Under the pieces are notes generated by a model, which was given only the letters and a program-made list of their open reading frames with translations, had not been told where the DNA came from and made no database searches. DNA of 64,000 nt from an uncultured Gemmataceae bacterium (GTDB lineage Bacteria > Planctomycetota > Planctomycetia > Gemmatales > Gemmataceae), in contig CAVVPN010000001.1 in the NCBI GenBank assembly GCA_963750165.1, forward strand, positions 64,001 to 128,000, read 5' to 3'. Position numbers and translations under genes: made by a program. This document shows, piece by piece, positions 61,902 to 64,000 of the stretch (the first letter of the stretch is position 1; each line of letters opens with the position of its first letter).

Positions 61902-61990
61902 AAGTGTGGTGATTGAGCCCCGGAGGGGCGACAGGTGGTAGCCAGGGGTGTCAACCCCTGGCGCTTTTTCCCGGTGAAAGGAGGCCAACC

Positions 61991-62881
61991 ATGTCCACGG
62001 ACAAGGTGCAATCGATGACCCTGGCGGAGTACGAGCGCGCCGCGGACGAGTATGAGAAGAATTTGCCCCTGGAGCACATCATGGAAGGCGAAGCCCAGGC
62101 CAAGCAACGCGAAATCACGCTGGAAAGCCTTGCCCTGGTGCGCGACCGCCGCCCGGAGGTGCGCGTGTACAACGAACTCCTGGTCCAGTATTTCCACAAA
62201 GGTCAGTTACGGCAGGTGGTGCCGGACAACATGATCGTCCTGTCCGACCGGCCGCTGGCCACCCGGAAAAGTTACACCATTGAGTACGACCCGCCGCCGC
62301 TGGTGGCGCTGGAGTGGGTGTCCGACTCCAGCGAAGGCAAGGACTACAAGGTCAGCTTCCAGAAGTACGAGCAGGATTTGCAGGTGCCCTATGCCCTGTT
62401 CTTTCATCCGGAGGATCAGGATTTGCGGGTGTATCGGCACACCGGCGCGGGGTATGAGTTGATCCCGGTCAACGCCGCCGGGCGCCAGGAGCTGCCCGAA
62501 CTGGAGCTGGAAGTCGGTCTGCTGGACCGCTGGGTGCGTTACTGGTTTCGGGGGCAATTGCTGGAACTGCCGGACGCTCTGCAACGCAAAATCGACGAAC
62601 TAACGACCCAAGTGGAACGCGCCGAACGCCGGGCCGAGCAAGCAGATCGGCTAGTCCGACAGGAGCGGGAACGGGCCGAGCAGGCAGATCAGCAAGCCCG
62701 ACAGGAACGCGAACGGGCCGAGCAGGCAGATCAGCAAGCCCGACAGGAACGCGAACGGGCCGAGCAGGCAAACCAGCAGGCCCGACAGTCGCGCGAACGG
62801 GCCGAGCAGGCCGAGCGCGAACTCGCCCGCTTGCAGGCGCTGTTGGCCGCACGGCCTGAGGGTCTGCCACCCGCCTCTTGA
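61991..62881 (+). CDS. Uma2 family endonuclease with coiled-coil repeat tail
   Basis: VVPD, LEWVS, KDY, KYE..L.VPY; AEQADQQARQERER repeats. Confidence 0.88.
   Translation: MSTDKVQSMTLAEYERAADEYEKNLPLEHIMEGEAQAKQREITLESLALVRDRRPEVRVYNELLVQYFHKGQLRQVVPDNMIVLSDRPLATRKSYTIEYDPPPLVALEWVSDSSEGKDYKVSFQKYEQDLQVPYALFFHPEDQDLRVYRHTGAGYELIPVNAAGRQELPELELEVGLLDRWVRYWFRGQLLELPDALQRKIDELTTQVERAERRAEQADRLVRQERERAEQADQQARQERERAEQADQQARQERERAEQANQQARQSRERAEQAERELARLQALLAARPEGLPPAS
62627..62811 (+). repeat. 42-bp coding tandem repeat (~4.4 units)
   Basis: GAACGGGCCGAGCAGGCAGATCAGCAAGCCCGACAGGAACGC exact at 62669 and 62711, degenerate at 62627 and 62753. Confidence 0.9.
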
Positions 62882-63004
62882 GCCGGTGACTGTGCGCTTT
62901 CCCTTTTTCCCGCTTGCAAGCGGGAAATGGATCGCGGAGAATAATTCCATTCTCACCAGAACAACGCCGCCCATTTTCTCTGTACATTGAGGAAGGAACA
63001 CTCG

Positions 63005-64000
63005 ATGAACTCCCCCACTCCCCACGAACCGCCGGCGCAGCAACCCGAACGTCGTCATGGCTCGAAGTTCCTGCCCGCGCTGGGGGCCCTTCTGTTCGTT
63101 GGCATCGCCCTCTTCGCCGCGCGGGGGTTCCAGCGAACCGACACCGCCGCCGCACCCCCCGCCGTTGCCGCCCAGGACGACAAGGCGCCCGCGCACACCG
63201 CCAAGGCCGTCGCCGCCGCCAACAAGTTCCTGAAAGGCCTCAACGACAATCTGCGTGCCAAGGCGTCGTTCGACTTCGACAGCGACAAGCGTTCGCGCTG
63301 GTCCAACCTGCCGGCGAACGCCGTGCCGCGCAACGGCGTCCGCATGGGTGAGTTGAGCAAGGAACAACGCGCTGCGGCCCTGGACGTGGTCGCCGCGGTC
63401 ACCAGCAAGGAAGGTTATCAGAAAATTCTCGACATCATCGCCGCCGATGACGTGCTCGCCAAGGGGGGCGGCGGCAAGGGGGGCAAGGGCGGCAAGGGGG
63501 GGAAAGGTGGCGGCTTCGGCTTCGACAACTTTTACCTTGCTCTCTTCGGCAAACCCTCGGCCAAGGAGCCCTGGCTGGTGCAGTTCGGCGGCCACCACCT
63601 CGCCGTCAACATCACCGTCATCGGTAAGGATTTCGTGCTCACCCCAACCTTGACCTGCACGCAACCCAGTTCCTTCGTTCGGGACGGCAAGACGATCCGC
63701 CCCCTCGGCCTGGAGCACGATACCGCCTTCAAACTCATGGGTTCCCTTGACGAGAAACAGCGCACGCAGGCCATCCTCAAGAACCGTACCAGCGATCTTT
63801 TGCTCGGCCCGGGCAAGGACGGCAAGGCGATCCAGCCGGACGGGCTCAAGGGGGCCGACATGGACGAGAAGCAGCGGGCCCTGCTGGTGGACCTTGCCGG
63901 CGCCTGGGTCAAGATCCTGCACGAGGTCTCGGCGAAGCCAAAAATGGCCGCGATCAAGGCCGCGATCAAGGATACCTACTTCGCCTGGAGCGGGCCGACC
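63005..64000 (+). CDS. DUF3500 domain protein (runs off the window end)
   Basis: manual translation: RWSNLP, RNGVRMGEL, FYLALFGKP, WLVQFGGHHLAVN; not in the ORF track because it has no stop in the window. Confidence 0.85.
   Translation, partial: MNSPTPHEPPAQQPERRHGSKFLPALGALLFVGIALFAARGFQRTDTAAAPPAVAAQDDKAPAHTAKAVAAANKFLKGLNDNLRAKASFDFDSDKRSRWSNLPANAVPRNGVRMGELSKEQRAAALDVVAAVTSKEGYQKILDIIAADDVLAKGGGGKGGKGGKGGKGGGFGFDNFYLALFGKPSAKEPWLVQFGGHHLAVNITVIGKDFVLTPTLTCTQPSSFVRDGKTIRPLGLEHDTAFKLMGSLDEKQRTQAILKNRTSDLLLGPGKDGKAIQPDGLKGADMDEKQRALLVDLAGAWVKILHEVSAKPKMAAIKAAIKDTYFAWSGPT

Noticed and set aside
62627..62811. 42-bp repeats as a CRISPR array
   Set aside because: They are contiguous in-frame coding repeats with no spacers, and no cas genes are in the window.

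Overview
High-GC bacterial DNA, almost certainly Planctomycetota (Gemmataceae-like). Evidence: DUF1549/DUF1553, BatA/vWA, TIGR03067, Uma2, many HEAT and WD40 proteins, and dense intergenic palindromes. Housekeeping genes present are rfbA/rfbC, murB, xylA, moeB, rpmF-plsX...fabD-acpP-fabF and modABC. The most notable accessory structures are: (1) an integrase-less ~1.95 kb element in the 3' end of tRNA-Glu, with 17-bp att repeats, arm-like GTATCGGA motifs and inner GACCTCGAC direct repeats around two paralogous secreted-protein genes, followed by an uncommon tRNA-Arg(GCG); (2) an ArsC-family UxxC selenoprotein hidden by an in-frame TGA with a SECIS-like hairpin; (3) a fab-cluster acyl carrier protein fused to a ~115-aa N-terminal extension; (4) a DUF1549/1553 gene inside a 104-bp direct duplication that splits a BatA operon; (5) a subtilase plus a free-standing propeptide-like gene inserted between plsX and fabD; (6) an integron-like cassette relic beside a DUF5678-protease gene and a HEPN pair. 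Several genes, including fabF, carry 1-2 nt frameshifts mostly in short homopolymers, which are most likely assembly errors. All family calls come from motif recognition by eye; no searches were run.
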